Assembly: GCA_001599295.1 (NCBI GenBank)
Contig: BCGN01000004.1
Span: forward strand, 934,138 to 998,137
Direction of reading: 5' to 3'
Source of the DNA: Sporopachydermia quercuum
Taxonomy: Eukaryota
DNA: 64,000 nt
The position numbers and the translations under genes are program-made. This document shows, one piece after another, positions 11,334-22,233 of this stretch; positions within the stretch are counted from its first letter, which is position 1; every line of letters begins with the position of its first letter. Below the pieces are notes generated by a model. The model was not told the DNA's origin and searched no databases. It worked only from the letters and a program-made list of their open reading frames with translations.

Positions 11334-14300
11334 TTAGGACTCAAATAACATTTGGATTTCTTCAATACGACGTTTCCTTCTTTCTTCTTCATTATCACCA
11401 ATTGCTTCACCAATCTTTTGCTTTCTCTCTTGAATCTTGAGCATTTTCTCTTCAACACTTTCTTGAACAATGAATCTTATCACTTTCACATTTCTAGTTT
11501 GACCCATTCGGTGTAAACGATCAATAGCTTGTTGTTCAATACCAGCAGACCACCAAGGATCCATCATAAACGCAATTGATGAGCTGGTTAAATTCAATCC
11601 AACTCCACCTGCCTTTAAACTTATTAGTAAGACAGTTAATTCTTCTCGTTCAGCTTTCTCACTTCCATTCTTAAATACTTCAAGTACTTCTTTCCTTTGA
11701 TTCTGAGACATTCTCCCATCAAATTTATAGACTTTCATTCCACCTTCATGAAGTAATTCTTGTTCAATCAGATCAAGAAATTGAGTAAATGATGAGAAGA
11801 CAATAATTCTTTCTCCAGGTGATGTGTCTTTATATATTCTTAGGTGTGATAAAAGTGCATTGATTTTTGATGATACCTTTCTGGGATTAAATGGTATTAA
11901 TTTGAAAGTGGAAGGCTTCATGGTTTTTTTGTTAATTCTTTTAGGATCATAACCATCATTGTCATCACCATCATCAACATCATGATTAATGGTATCAATA
12001 TCATTAGCATGATCTCTGTTTTTTGCGTTAATATTTGAAGATCCTTTCATTAAACTGCCAATAGTAAAAACAGGTTTAACTTTGAACAAACGCGTCTTAA
12101 TGATAGTGGTTCTGCACAATGGACATAAAGCAACGTTGTTTCTTGACTCCTGAAAATCAATATGCTGTAAAATGCAAGAAAGACAAAACAGATGGCCACA
12201 TTCAGTTATAGCAGTATTTTCCTGTTTCGTTTTCACCTCATTTGTGCATATACTGCATTCCTCATTGTTGAATCCTTTGCTATATTTCCTGTATAGTTCA
12301 TTAGTTATCATTTCAACCTCAGCTGGTTTCATTACATCTGCAGTAACAGTTTCATAAATCTTCAAAGGAGTTTCATTTCCAACTGAATCAGATAGATTCA
12401 AGTCACTTGAATTCAAATCATCATTAGCTTGAGTTTGTTGTAAGTCTTCCAAAACATGGGAAATACCAGAACGTATCATTTCATAATGACAACATATTTG
12501 CCGAAGTCGTAAGATATAAGTGAAAATCATTGTGAACTTCTTTAGCAAATCACCAGATCTCATACCGTCTTTAAACGCTTGAGTAGCTAAATTATTATAC
12601 CAAGAATACAATTCCTTTTCCCAAGATTGTAATTCAATCCTCTGGATTATGACTTCTTTATCAGGAATTTCTACCAATGGAGTCCCATCAGCTTGCTTCA
12701 TATTTTTAGTTCTTCTTAACAAAATTGGATCCATAATTGATTGAACTACTTGCATTGCTGATTCAATTTCCTTTCTCTCAAAAGGTAAAGTGATGAACGT
12801 TCTCCAATAAGTGAAATTGGCCCAAGGATCTAAATTCAAAAACTTAATGATACTATATAAATCATCCAATCTATTAATGATTGGTGTTCCAGTTAAACAC
12901 CATTTTTTCCTTGCTTGTAAAGCAAAACAAGCATTAGAGGTTTTAGATGTTCTATTGCGAATAGTATGAGCTTCATCCAATACTATTCTATAGAATTTAA
13001 CCGAGAATAAACCTATTGGTTTAACCGAAACATTGCTTTTACGCCATTCACTTAAAACTGTACCATATGTAGTAACCACAACAGTAGGTGCTCCTGGTCG
13101 CGATAGTTTATCAGCTAAATCTAGTAATGATGAACCATAATAAACCATGCATGTCATATTAGTATCTCCTATAGCAGCAGTAAATTCTGATTGCCATTGA
13201 GATAATAATGACATAGGAACAATTATAAGTGTAGAGCCAAATGCATACCGATTATGTATGAGTTCTGAAACACTAGCACCAGTTTTGTCTTCTAGATATG
13301 ATTCATCTGTTGGTAAACAAGAAACTAGGGCTAATGTTGAGATAGTTTTACCTAAACCCATTTCATCAGCTAGAATTCCACCTTTTGTTGATGTAACCAT
13401 TAAAGGCTTTTTATCAGAGATTTGTCCTGAATAGAAGTTAACATAAAACGTTGAATCTTCTTCACAATGAGAAATTGAGCTGTATTGATTACTATCCATG
13501 TTTTTAGCTTCCCTCTCTAATGCAAATGAAGAATCCTTTGGCCATAAGTATGCTTGCCAAAGAGGATGGATTGCTGATTTATCAGCATCCAATTGACCAA
13601 ATTTCTCTCTTTGAAGTGACCATGTTAAACCTTGCTTTTGATAACGACGTAGGTTCAGTTTGAAAGATTCTGGTGGTGTCGATAGTTCTAAACCTTCAGT
13701 TGGAATCTCAGAGGTGGCTGATTTATATAACTTATTGATTACATTGACATCTAGCTCAGATTCACCTGCAACTGGTACTTCAGGATTATTTTCAGGGTCT
13801 ATAGGAAATAATTTAGAATCACCTTCCATGGTTGTTGCTTCAATAATATCATCTACAACATTAGTACCAAATAATCCACTTAATGATTTACCTTCCCTTT
13901 TATTATTTATAGGGGTCAATCCTAGCTTTTTGAATAATTGAGCAATAGCAATTTGTCTTTGTCGAGTTAATTTTTCCACTGATGTTTCCATTGCCTGATT
14001 CATATTGAATTCTATTTTTGATTTACCATCTAAGTCAACCATTTTTGGCTTTCCTAGTTTTTCTGTAGCTTTCAGCCTTCCATTGTTTTTTAACGTTGAG
14101 GCCAGACTATCTGATGAATATAACGTAGGTGATGTAAATGCTGTTGGTAACAAAAAGCAATCTAGTTGAATGTAAAATGGATCACCGACTGAGAGATTAG
14201 CATCAGCAAATATGCAAGTAGCTTGGAAATGACATATTGATAAATTGATCAAAGGAACAATTGTTCTAGCTAAATCTTCAGGTATTCTTCCAACTTCTCG

Positions 14301-15059
14301 TAATTTGTATGGAGATCTTTTGTCCTTCACTGCAAGTCTAACTAGCGATGATTCTACATGCTTTGATACGCGATGAGAATATACCTGGGCGACACCTGGT
14401 GTCGAGACCACTATTTGAGTACCATAAAAGAGTAACGAATTAGGAGTTGGTCGAGTGATCCATGCTTCTAATTGAGTAGATCCTAGATATCTTTTTCTAT
14501 TGCTTTTTGCTTTAGTATCAAACTCAGTAGATACTATATAATTACTGTCAGGTGCATGTCTCTTTCTTGGCGGTGAAGAAGGTGGTGTTGTCTTCTTTGG
14601 TGATGAGAATAACGGTGATGTACGTGATTTAATATTAGTTGGTTCGCGGTTCAAATTTGACACAGGGTTGTTTGAATATGTTCTATCAAGGTAAGAATTT
14701 ACAGCTCTATCAAGGTTACCGTTACATTGATCAAACAACAAATGTACAGTTGATTTACCTATAGGTCCTATGATGTCAGTCAATGATTTCTCAAATCCAT
14801 TCAACCTATTATCCAGCTGAGAGAAAGATGCCACTTGGTCATCGACTACCAAACTATTATCACTTTGATTACTGGTTTCATTGTCACTATCAATATCTAA
14901 AAACAACTTTCCTCCCTCGCTATTATTATATATGTCGTTCATAACTGAATTCTCTTGTTTAGGTAATGATCCTCCCATTGATCGAAATAACGAAAGACGC
15001 GATTCTGTTTCAAGCTCTAATTTGAAGAAGGATTTACTTTCATCGGTACCTTCTTTCAT
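11334..15059 (-). CDS. RAD5: DNA repair protein Rad5 (HIRAN, SNF2 helicase, RING)
   Basis: HIRAN-like EVGRIPEDLAR..PL, GGILADEMGLGKT, DEAH, RING CSIC..CGHLFC..C..CPLC, and SLKAGGVGLNL..MDPWW..QAIDRLHRMGQ. Confidence 0.95.
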   Translation of the reverse strand: MKEGTDESKSFFKLELETESRLSLFRSMGGSLPKQENSVMNDIYNNSEGGKLFLDIDSDNETSNQSDNSLVVDDQVASFSQLDNRLNGFEKSLTDIIGPIGKSTVHLLFDQCNGNLDRAVNSYLDRTYSNNPVSNLNREPTNIKSRTSPLFSSPKKTTPPSSPPRKRHAPDSNYIVSTEFDTKAKSNRKRYLGSTQLEAWITRPTPNSLLFYGTQIVVSTPGVAQVYSHRVSKHVESSLVRLAVKDKRSPYKLREVGRIPEDLARTIVPLINLSICHFQATCIFADANLSVGDPFYIQLDCFLLPTAFTSPTLYSSDSLASTLKNNGRLKATEKLGKPKMVDLDGKSKIEFNMNQAMETSVEKLTRQRQIAIAQLFKKLGLTPINNKREGKSLSGLFGTNVVDDIIEATTMEGDSKLFPIDPENNPEVPVAGESELDVNVINKLYKSATSEIPTEGLELSTPPESFKLNLRRYQKQGLTWSLQREKFGQLDADKSAIHPLWQAYLWPKDSSFALEREAKNMDSNQYSSISHCEEDSTFYVNFYSGQISDKKPLMVTSTKGGILADEMGLGKTISTLALVSCLPTDESYLEDKTGASVSELIHNRYAFGSTLIIVPMSLLSQWQSEFTAAIGDTNMTCMVYYGSSLLDLADKLSRPGAPTVVVTTYGTVLSEWRKSNVSVKPIGLFSVKFYRIVLDEAHTIRNRTSKTSNACFALQARKKWCLTGTPIINRLDDLYSIIKFLNLDPWANFTYWRTFITLPFERKEIESAMQVVQSIMDPILLRRTKNMKQADGTPLVEIPDKEVIIQRIELQSWEKELYSWYNNLATQAFKDGMRSGDLLKKFTMIFTYILRLRQICCHYEMIRSGISHVLEDLQQTQANDDLNSSDLNLSDSVGNETPLKIYETVTADVMKPAEVEMITNELYRKYSKGFNNEECSICTNEVKTKQENTAITECGHLFCLSCILQHIDFQESRNNVALCPLCRTTIIKTRLFKVKPVFTIGSLMKGSSNINAKNRDHANDIDTINHDVDDGDDNDGYDPKRINKKTMKPSTFKLIPFNPRKVSSKINALLSHLRIYKDTSPGERIIVFSSFTQFLDLIEQELLHEGGMKVYKFDGRMSQNQRKEVLEVFKNGSEKAEREELTVLLISLKAGGVGLNLTSSSIAFMMDPWWSAGIEQQAIDRLHRMGQTRNVKVIRFIVQESVEEKMLKIQERKQKIGEAIGDNEEERRKRRIEEIQMLFES

Positions 15060-16107
15060 CTTTTGAGTTATGCTTCTTCTCCTTCTGATAAGCAGCCGAT
15101 CCTATTGTTTGTTTATGGAATAAATAACAACAAAACCAAGAAGTTAATCGGTGAAAGAGTGATAGCAAAAACGTATTATCAACCATTTCATGTTTCTCGA
15201 TTCTGATTCTATTTTTTTTTGTTAGTACACAAACGCGAATGTAATTTACTGAAGAGGCAAATTACGGAAATAATAACATAATCCAAAAATGGAAATGATA
15301 AAAACTAATTATCTCCATAATTCCCGTCTTATCAGAAGCTCTTTGATAAGCCATTTCGAGAAAGACTACCAGAATGCGATAAGAAGATATTAATCACGAT
15401 GATGGTAGTTCGGTTAGTTGATAGATTGGAGGATTGGAAACAGATAAATCCTGGTGATTGAAAGAAACAGAAGAGTATCATATCTATTACACCTGTTGTA
15501 CTTGGGCACACACATTAGGTTTTATAGTTATGGAAAGGAACAAATGAACAAAACATAAGTACAATCACAAGGTAAGACATTATGATAAGACGATTGCTAT
15601 TGTTATTAGCTCCAATTGCTATTCCTCTATATATTAAGAAACGATAGAAAGACAAAAGACAAATGATCCATACAATTTATATAAATATAGAAGTGACATG
15701 GATTCAACAAGCAATAATCAATTATGAATCATAATCAAACGGTTAAATAATCAAACAGTTAAATCATACCTGACAAAAGGTATAAGTATACAGCAAATAC
15801 AAACCGCATATATAAACACTTCCACAAATAGTGATACGAAAAGAAAGGAAACCAAACCGAAATCCCTGTGGGATTTCGTAGTAAATCCTGCAATCAACAT
15901 AAACCAGTCATTGCCCGCAACCATTAACCCCAAAACCAAAACAAGCCCATAAACATAAAACCAAACAAATCAAATTAAAAAGTTAAAATGAAAACATGCT
16001 GAGAGAAAGAAATACAGCGAAAGAAATAGTAATAATGAAGTCCAGGGTAGTCCGGTACACTTTACCTTATAACCATTAATTTCCGTAGGATTGGGAAGAA
16101 AAAAGAT

Positions 16108-16649
16108 TCATTTAACTTCCGTCATCATTTCAATCTCCAAAATGTACTTTCCTTCTTTGTATGACTGACCAGGTGTATTGGCTTTGCAGTATTTCCAACC
16201 AACAACATTATTACATTGATGACAGGCAATATCGCGCACAATATAGAACCCAGTAGCCATCTTTCGTGATTCTTGATCACATTCCATAACATTTACCCTA
16301 GATATTATTAGTATCTAGTTTAACAGAATAAGTGCTTTCTACTCAGACATTCCCATGTTGAAGTACAATGGATATTGATTGCCATTATCACTGTTATTAC
16401 ATCTACTTACACTTTATTCATAAGATATGCATCACCGTGTTTCCCATGGAAGTTCTGTAAACATCATTAACATTTTGTAATTAAAGACTTCGATAGTGAA
16501 CTATTTCTTTACAGAAACAAAAAAACTCCAATACTTACATCCGATATGATATTTCCAGAGACTGACAGGTGTGTTCTGCAGTGCTTACAACCATAAATAC
16601 TTTCTTTATTAGAAGGAACATCCAAGTAAGTAGAATATCTCAATCCCAT
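16108..16649 (-). CDS. MOH1: Yippee/YPEL zinc-binding protein Moh1, 114 aa, 3 exons (not in ORF track)
   Basis: Exons 16649-16539, 16454-16411, 16297-16108. Introns are GTAAGT..CAG and GTAAGT..TACTAAT..TAG. Product MGLRYSTYL..YGCKHCRTHLS..NFHGKHGDAYLMNKVVNV..MATGFYIVRDIACHQC..VGWKY..YKEGKYILE. Confidence 0.93.
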
Positions 16650-16964
16650 CTTGGTAATCTCTACTCTACTAACAATATCTCTTTATAAGGTCTAACGGAT
16701 CCTGGCACTATCATTCACAATATAGTGTTCCACCTTATCAATTCTTCTCCTAGTTCTCTGATTATTATCTCAACTCGCTCTAGTAGCTTTTGATTCTCGC
16801 ATTCAATACAGTATTCAAGTGGGGAACAGATTTAATATGATAATATTTAAATGTATTCAAAAATCAAGCGTACATAAACCTATCGACTTCTTTATACAAA
16901 GGTAATAATTGTTATTTTCCCTATCCATTTGCAATTATATCTGTATTTATATAGATCTGGGGAA

Positions 16965-19360
16965 GGGTCTTGTAACTTAAGTTGTCGTTCTATTAAAAGT
17001 GATAAAGAGTCTGTTCACTTCCATAAAGTCCGTAAAGTGATGAAGTTTGATAATAATGAACGATAACAAGATTCTGGACAGCAATTGATTGGCTTGATAC
17101 TACATACAGGCTTTGATTACTATTACTATGGCTACCATTTTAATAGGCTCGTTGATAATTTTATTTACGACATTCACTTGAACCAACAGATTGCTAATAT
17201 TGGTTAATCATACTCTGAATATTTTATAGAAGGATTTCACTAATAATTTGCAATGAGACCCTTTTCTCAGTCAGAATTTACCATTGTGCGAACAAACTAA
17301 CCCACTCAAGAGGTTTCTTGAATCTATCAATCTACGTTATCAGTAAATCTGAAGGTTTGAAGGAGATCCTATAAGACGGAATCATCCTAATCTCAATTTG
17401 ATTAAATAATTCAACAAACACCTCTAACTTATTTCAACTAGTATGCTATACCTATGGTTTGTCCGAGGTTCTTATCAAGTTTGGCTGGGCTTAGTGGAAC
17501 CAACAACAACTTACACCTATCACTCCTTCATAGTTTTCCTAACATGATTTTCCTGTATAGTTTTTGTCGCAACCATATTTGCCTCACCTCTTATTTCCTC
17601 TTCCTCAGTGCCAATCTCCACATTATATTCGCTGTTTCAGCTTACTTTCAAATTAATCCATGTTGCTCTGTGCTATTGTATCCCAAACTGGTCATGTCCA
17701 TATTGATTACGGTTTTCAGACCCTATTGACTCATTCCATCTGACATGCAATCTAAATGGGCTCAAATAGCCATATAGTTGGGTTATTTGATTATTACTGG
17801 TTCATTGCTCCACATAAGCATGAGTTCAATGTAAATAACAATTATAAACTTATGGCAGTGGTTAAATCGGAAAGATATGATTTAGTCTTTTGTAAATATT
17901 CAGCTAAGCACTTATTGTTATAATTGAGAGAGCCAGTTCTTGGCTACTGAAGTACCGTAGCAATCTGTATTATCTATAGGATGAATAAATGTATGGTAGA
18001 ATGGGTTAACTTAATTACTTGATATGGCTTAATGAGTAGTTACCTGATTAGGAGGATTTGTTTATCAACATGGAGAGGAATGGGTTGCTCAACCAGTAGA
18101 AACAAACCAGTAAGTATATACAAATGCGGATTAATTTCAATGCCTACAATGCCTGCAATGCAGATAAACCAAGTAAATATTTATGGAATATTCAGTCAGT
18201 AGTAGTAGTTGATTGAAATTAGAGTACAAGTAGTGTGCGGGATGAATAGTGTGTTGGAGTAGATTATGGTTGAAGCAAGGAGAAATATCCGCATGGAATG
18301 ACGTTGCTCAATTAAAGGGAGAAAAGAAAGGAAATGTGTTCATCAATAATCAAATACCAAAAAATGTTCTTGGAACAAATGGCAACCGCATTAAGGTCTA
18401 TAGAGGACAGAAATGTGTGGAAGCAGGTAATGGCCGATATGCATGTGCCACTGACAAGATGTACCCTGCCTACGTTGGAAAGCTCGAGACCAATCTTTGG
18501 TTGACAAGAAACACCTTAAACACCTCTATTGATACCTGAACCCATAATACATATTAAGCGAGAATATATTAGACGACACATTAATTCATGATACCTGATG
18601 CTCAAAACTCATTTATTCATCGTATTCATGTGATGTGATATCTCTAGAATGATTTACTACTAGCAATTTCTTGGTTGACATCACTCATCTAAAGCAATAC
18701 CCATTTCCTTTACTCCAGAACTAACAAAACCTATCAGTTCAATGAACACAACTATTTTCAGATCTATGAATAACAAACAATTCATTTCATGTTATTAATT
18801 GTGTTGTCAACCCTGAGAATATATACAACAATGTCGGAGATGATAACCTTTTATATAAATTCCGTTATCTTCTACCTCTCCATTGGCATTGGAATCTTCT
18901 ATCTAGTTAAAATTTGACCATATAATGACTCTTTCTAATTACTTACTTAGCATCTGATAAAATATTTCTCTCATCTATTCAAAAAGAGNAGATATGTTGT
19001 GATTCACTGTACTTCTTCTATCTGAATTCTTTTCCCTTTAAGTTAAAACATAAACTCCAATCTATTTCTATTAACCCCCATACTTAACCAAATCTTCACG
19101 TCCCATCCTTCAAGCTTTCCGGTCTCTTGAACCACCCCCGGTATGATCCCTTACTTTTCTTTCCATTTTATGATTTGTGATGCAAACAGCAAGAACGTAT
19201 TCCGATAAATCAAAACTTCCACTTATCATGTTCTATCATCATCGTATAAACAGATGGTAGTGTCTTTGAATTAGGCATTGAAAGGTATCAACTTACCAAA
19301 GCTTAGCACATCTGTAAAGAATGTATTGCTAGAATAATGTGTTCTAAGTTGCGAGTTTGA
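16965..19360 (+). ncRNA. Large structured non-coding RNA, candidate telomerase RNA (boundaries approximate)
   Basis: No credible ORF. Many nested helices rely on G-U pairs that form only on the + strand. It has terminal pairing 16969-79/19345-55, template-like repeats, a pseudoknot at 19152-19212 and a junction at 19250-19315. See findings. Confidence 0.55.
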
Positions 19361-19478
19361 TTTTCATGATTTATCACCAAAACAAGACAAAATACTTATA
19401 GGGCAGTGAATTAAGTCTCTCTTTCGCTCTTTTTGCTGAAAGACTTGCTTTGGTGAAAGTTGAGGAAACAGAGCAATA

Positions 19479-21833
19479 ATGGATTATATAAAGATAGCTC
19501 GAGTGCCTGATGTGACACTTCGAAGGTTTGGAACTAACTCCGAAGGGACAATACATCTAACTACACATCATCTAATATTTACTCAGGAGCAACCAGCTCG
19601 AAAGGAAATCTGGATATGTTATCCTATAATTCAATCAGTAGAAAGAACACCTTATCAACCAGCTGTGAATTATTCAACTATAAGAATAAGGTGTAAAGAT
19701 TTCACTTATTTGTCATTTTATTTTTCTTCAGATATCAATGACGAAGAGTCTAAAGCAGTATTTGAATCAATATTGCGATTAACGTGCGTTGCAAGTATTG
19801 ATAAATTATATGCTTTCCTTTACACTCCTATCCCTGCTGAAAAGCCATTTAACTCTTGGCATATATATAATCCTATTGAAGAATATGCTCGAATGGGAGC
19901 AATTGCTACGTCAGGGGCATCACTTACATCACCATCAAATAATTTATGGAGAGTTTCAAAAATCAACCATAGTTATAAACTTTGTTCAACATATCCCTCA
20001 GTATTAGTCGTGCCGTCAGTTATATCTGACAATGTGTTGAATCATGCCGGATCATTTAGATCAAAACATAGAATCCCAGCTTTATCCTACTATCATGAGC
20101 TCACCCGCTGTACTATCACCAGGTGCTCCCAGCCAAGAGTTGGATTTCAAGGATCACGGTCTATTCAAGACGAGAAAATAGTTGCTGCTATTTTCAATAC
20201 AACAAGAGTCCCGCATAAAATTGGATCTAAACAAGAAAATCTTATTGTTGATTGTAGACCAACGGCAAATGCCATGGCGCAACAGGCATTAGGAGCAGGT
20301 TCAGAGAGAATGGAGCATTATCCTCGATCAGCAAAGAAACTGTATCTAGGTATAGGGAATATTCATGTAATGCGAGAAAGTCTTAACAAAGTTGTTGAAG
20401 CTTTGAAGGATGGTGATATTTTGAACTATCCACCCAATAGGGAACTCTTGATCAAATCTGGTTGGTTAAAACATATATCATCAATCATCAGTGGTGCTGT
20501 GGTGATAGCTAAAACAATTCATTTTAATGCATCACATGTTTTAGTTCATTGCTCGGATGGCTGGGATAGAACGGCACAATTGTCATCAGTAGGCCAAATT
20601 CTCCTTTCTAGTCACTATAGAACCATAGATGGATTTATTACTCTTGTAGAAAAAGAATGGCTTTCTTTTGGTCATAGATTTGCTGAAAGAGGTGGATTCA
20701 TATCACATGAAAAGAACTTTACTACTACTGGTGAAGATAATCAAGCTAGACAAGTAGTAAACTCGATGTCTCGAAAGTTTCTCAATCAATCTCATGAAAA
20801 GGAAACAAGTCCTGTTTTTCATCAGTTTCTTGATTGCGTTTATCAGGTTTTAATTCAATTTCCTGAAAGGTTTCAGTTTAACGAGCGTTTCTTGCGAAGG
20901 CTTTTCTACCATCTGTATTCCTGTCAGTATGGTACTTTCCTATGCAACTCCGAACATGAAAGAAAGCTGAATAAACTATCAGAAAGAACTAGAAGTGTTT
21001 GGGATTACTTCCTTTCCAGAAGATCAGAATTCACGAATCCAAATTATAACAAAGAGAAGGAAATGGCTATGGATGCTGGTGTTTCTGTTTTATTACCTGA
21101 TCCTGAGGCAGTTCGATGGTGGTACCAGTTGTTTGGTAGATCAAATCAGGATATGAACCAATATTTGGATGATAATATAAGTTCAATTTCAAACTCAGTT
21201 GATAATAGTACATCAGTCTTGAATTTGGCGAATTTTGGCTCTGGTATTGAGTCAAATCAGTATCCCAATGATCATAGAAATAACGGCAATAGGATCATCG
21301 TTTCTGATGTTGATCAAGTGGAGCATTCTTTGGTGAATAATAAAGTGAATGGTAAGAATAATGTAGTGAAGTCGTTTTATGAAACAACAGAAACCCAGGC
21401 AACCTCAACTGAAGCAGATACCAAATCAAATAACGAAGAACTAATATTAGCGAAGTCTAGTGGCACCCTAGATGAAGTGACTGGCAATTCTGATGAATCA
21501 GTGGGCGGTAAACCGATTGCAGAACTGTTTACTGATCCTTTAAGATCAGCAGTTANATCGGATCCACGAGATATTACTGTTGAATCCTCAATCAGTAAAG
21601 ATGGTATTCCGATAATGTCCAATAATTTTGAAACGTTTTCAATAGGTACTAAAGAAAAGAAGGATAACGGGATGTTTTCTATGAACCGGTTGAAACCGTT
21701 TCTACCGACAAGTAATGGTAATACGGAAACCAAGAAAGATTTCTTCAACACAGATTTCAATTATAACTACGGTGATTCACTCGCTGATAAAAAAGAACGC
21801 ACGAAGGCATTTGCAAGGTTAGGCCAGTCATAA
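19479..21833 (+). CDS. YMR1: Myotubularin-family PI3P phosphatase Ymr1
   Basis: N-terminal MDYIKIARV..GTIHLTTHHLIF, active-site HCSDGWDRT, and EKEWLSFGHRF. Confidence 0.93.
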   Translation: MDYIKIARVPDVTLRRFGTNSEGTIHLTTHHLIFTQEQPARKEIWICYPIIQSVERTPYQPAVNYSTIRIRCKDFTYLSFYFSSDINDEESKAVFESILRLTCVASIDKLYAFLYTPIPAEKPFNSWHIYNPIEEYARMGAIATSGASLTSPSNNLWRVSKINHSYKLCSTYPSVLVVPSVISDNVLNHAGSFRSKHRIPALSYYHELTRCTITRCSQPRVGFQGSRSIQDEKIVAAIFNTTRVPHKIGSKQENLIVDCRPTANAMAQQALGAGSERMEHYPRSAKKLYLGIGNIHVMRESLNKVVEALKDGDILNYPPNRELLIKSGWLKHISSIISGAVVIAKTIHFNASHVLVHCSDGWDRTAQLSSVGQILLSSHYRTIDGFITLVEKEWLSFGHRFAERGGFISHEKNFTTTGEDNQARQVVNSMSRKFLNQSHEKETSPVFHQFLDCVYQVLIQFPERFQFNERFLRRLFYHLYSCQYGTFLCNSEHERKLNKLSERTRSVWDYFLSRRSEFTNPNYNKEKEMAMDAGVSVLLPDPEAVRWWYQLFGRSNQDMNQYLDDNISSISNSVDNSTSVLNLANFGSGIESNQYPNDHRNNGNRIIVSDVDQVEHSLVNNKVNGKNNVVKSFYETTETQATSTEADTKSNNEELILAKSSGTLDEVTGNSDESVGGKPIAELFTDPLRSAVXSDPRDITVESSISKDGIPIMSNNFETFSIGTKEKKDNGMFSMNRLKPFLPTSNGNTETKKDFFNTDFNYNYGDSLADKKERTKAFARLGQS

Positions 21834-22233
21834 ATTGGTAAAATCATTAAAACAATATCAATGAAGGTTTTCATGGAGAAGTCAATTTCCCAGGTTTGAT
21901 GGTGGTTGGAAATATGCTTCAAAAACACTCTCAAATAACTAGAGACTAGTATCCGAATTCATATTGTGCTGTTGAATGGTGGCAAAAATCATACATTACT
22001 TCCTGAATTATGGTTGCCATTCCAAATTGTGAAGTGCGTCGAATATGTCGATATGTTTTTGCTACTTCCTTTGAAAATGATGAATGTGGAAAATACCAAA
22101 CCTATATAGACTCTACATAATAAAAATAGAAAGAATGATGACTTCATGTAATGTTTGTTAATTCACTTTTATTATGCCGAGTTCCATCTATATGTAGAAA
22201 CTGTACCCAGGGAAAAAACAATAATGTAACGAC

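Noticed and set aside
17410..17438. 23-nt-period TTCAAC...TTCAAC as a telomerase template
   Set aside because: It lies inside the long arm, can pair with ~18402-18419, and is far from the pseudoknot. It is weaker than the two reported candidates.
18356..18366. Minus-strand ATTTTTTGGTA resembling an Sm site plus splice donor
   Set aside because: G-U pairing supports the + strand, and the donor (GTATTT) is non-consensus.
17454..18539. ORFs 17454-17729 (91 aa) and 18249-18539 (96 aa)
   Set aside because: No recognisable motifs, and one starts at GTG. They coincide with the pyrimidine-rich and purine-rich strands of the predicted RNA arm.
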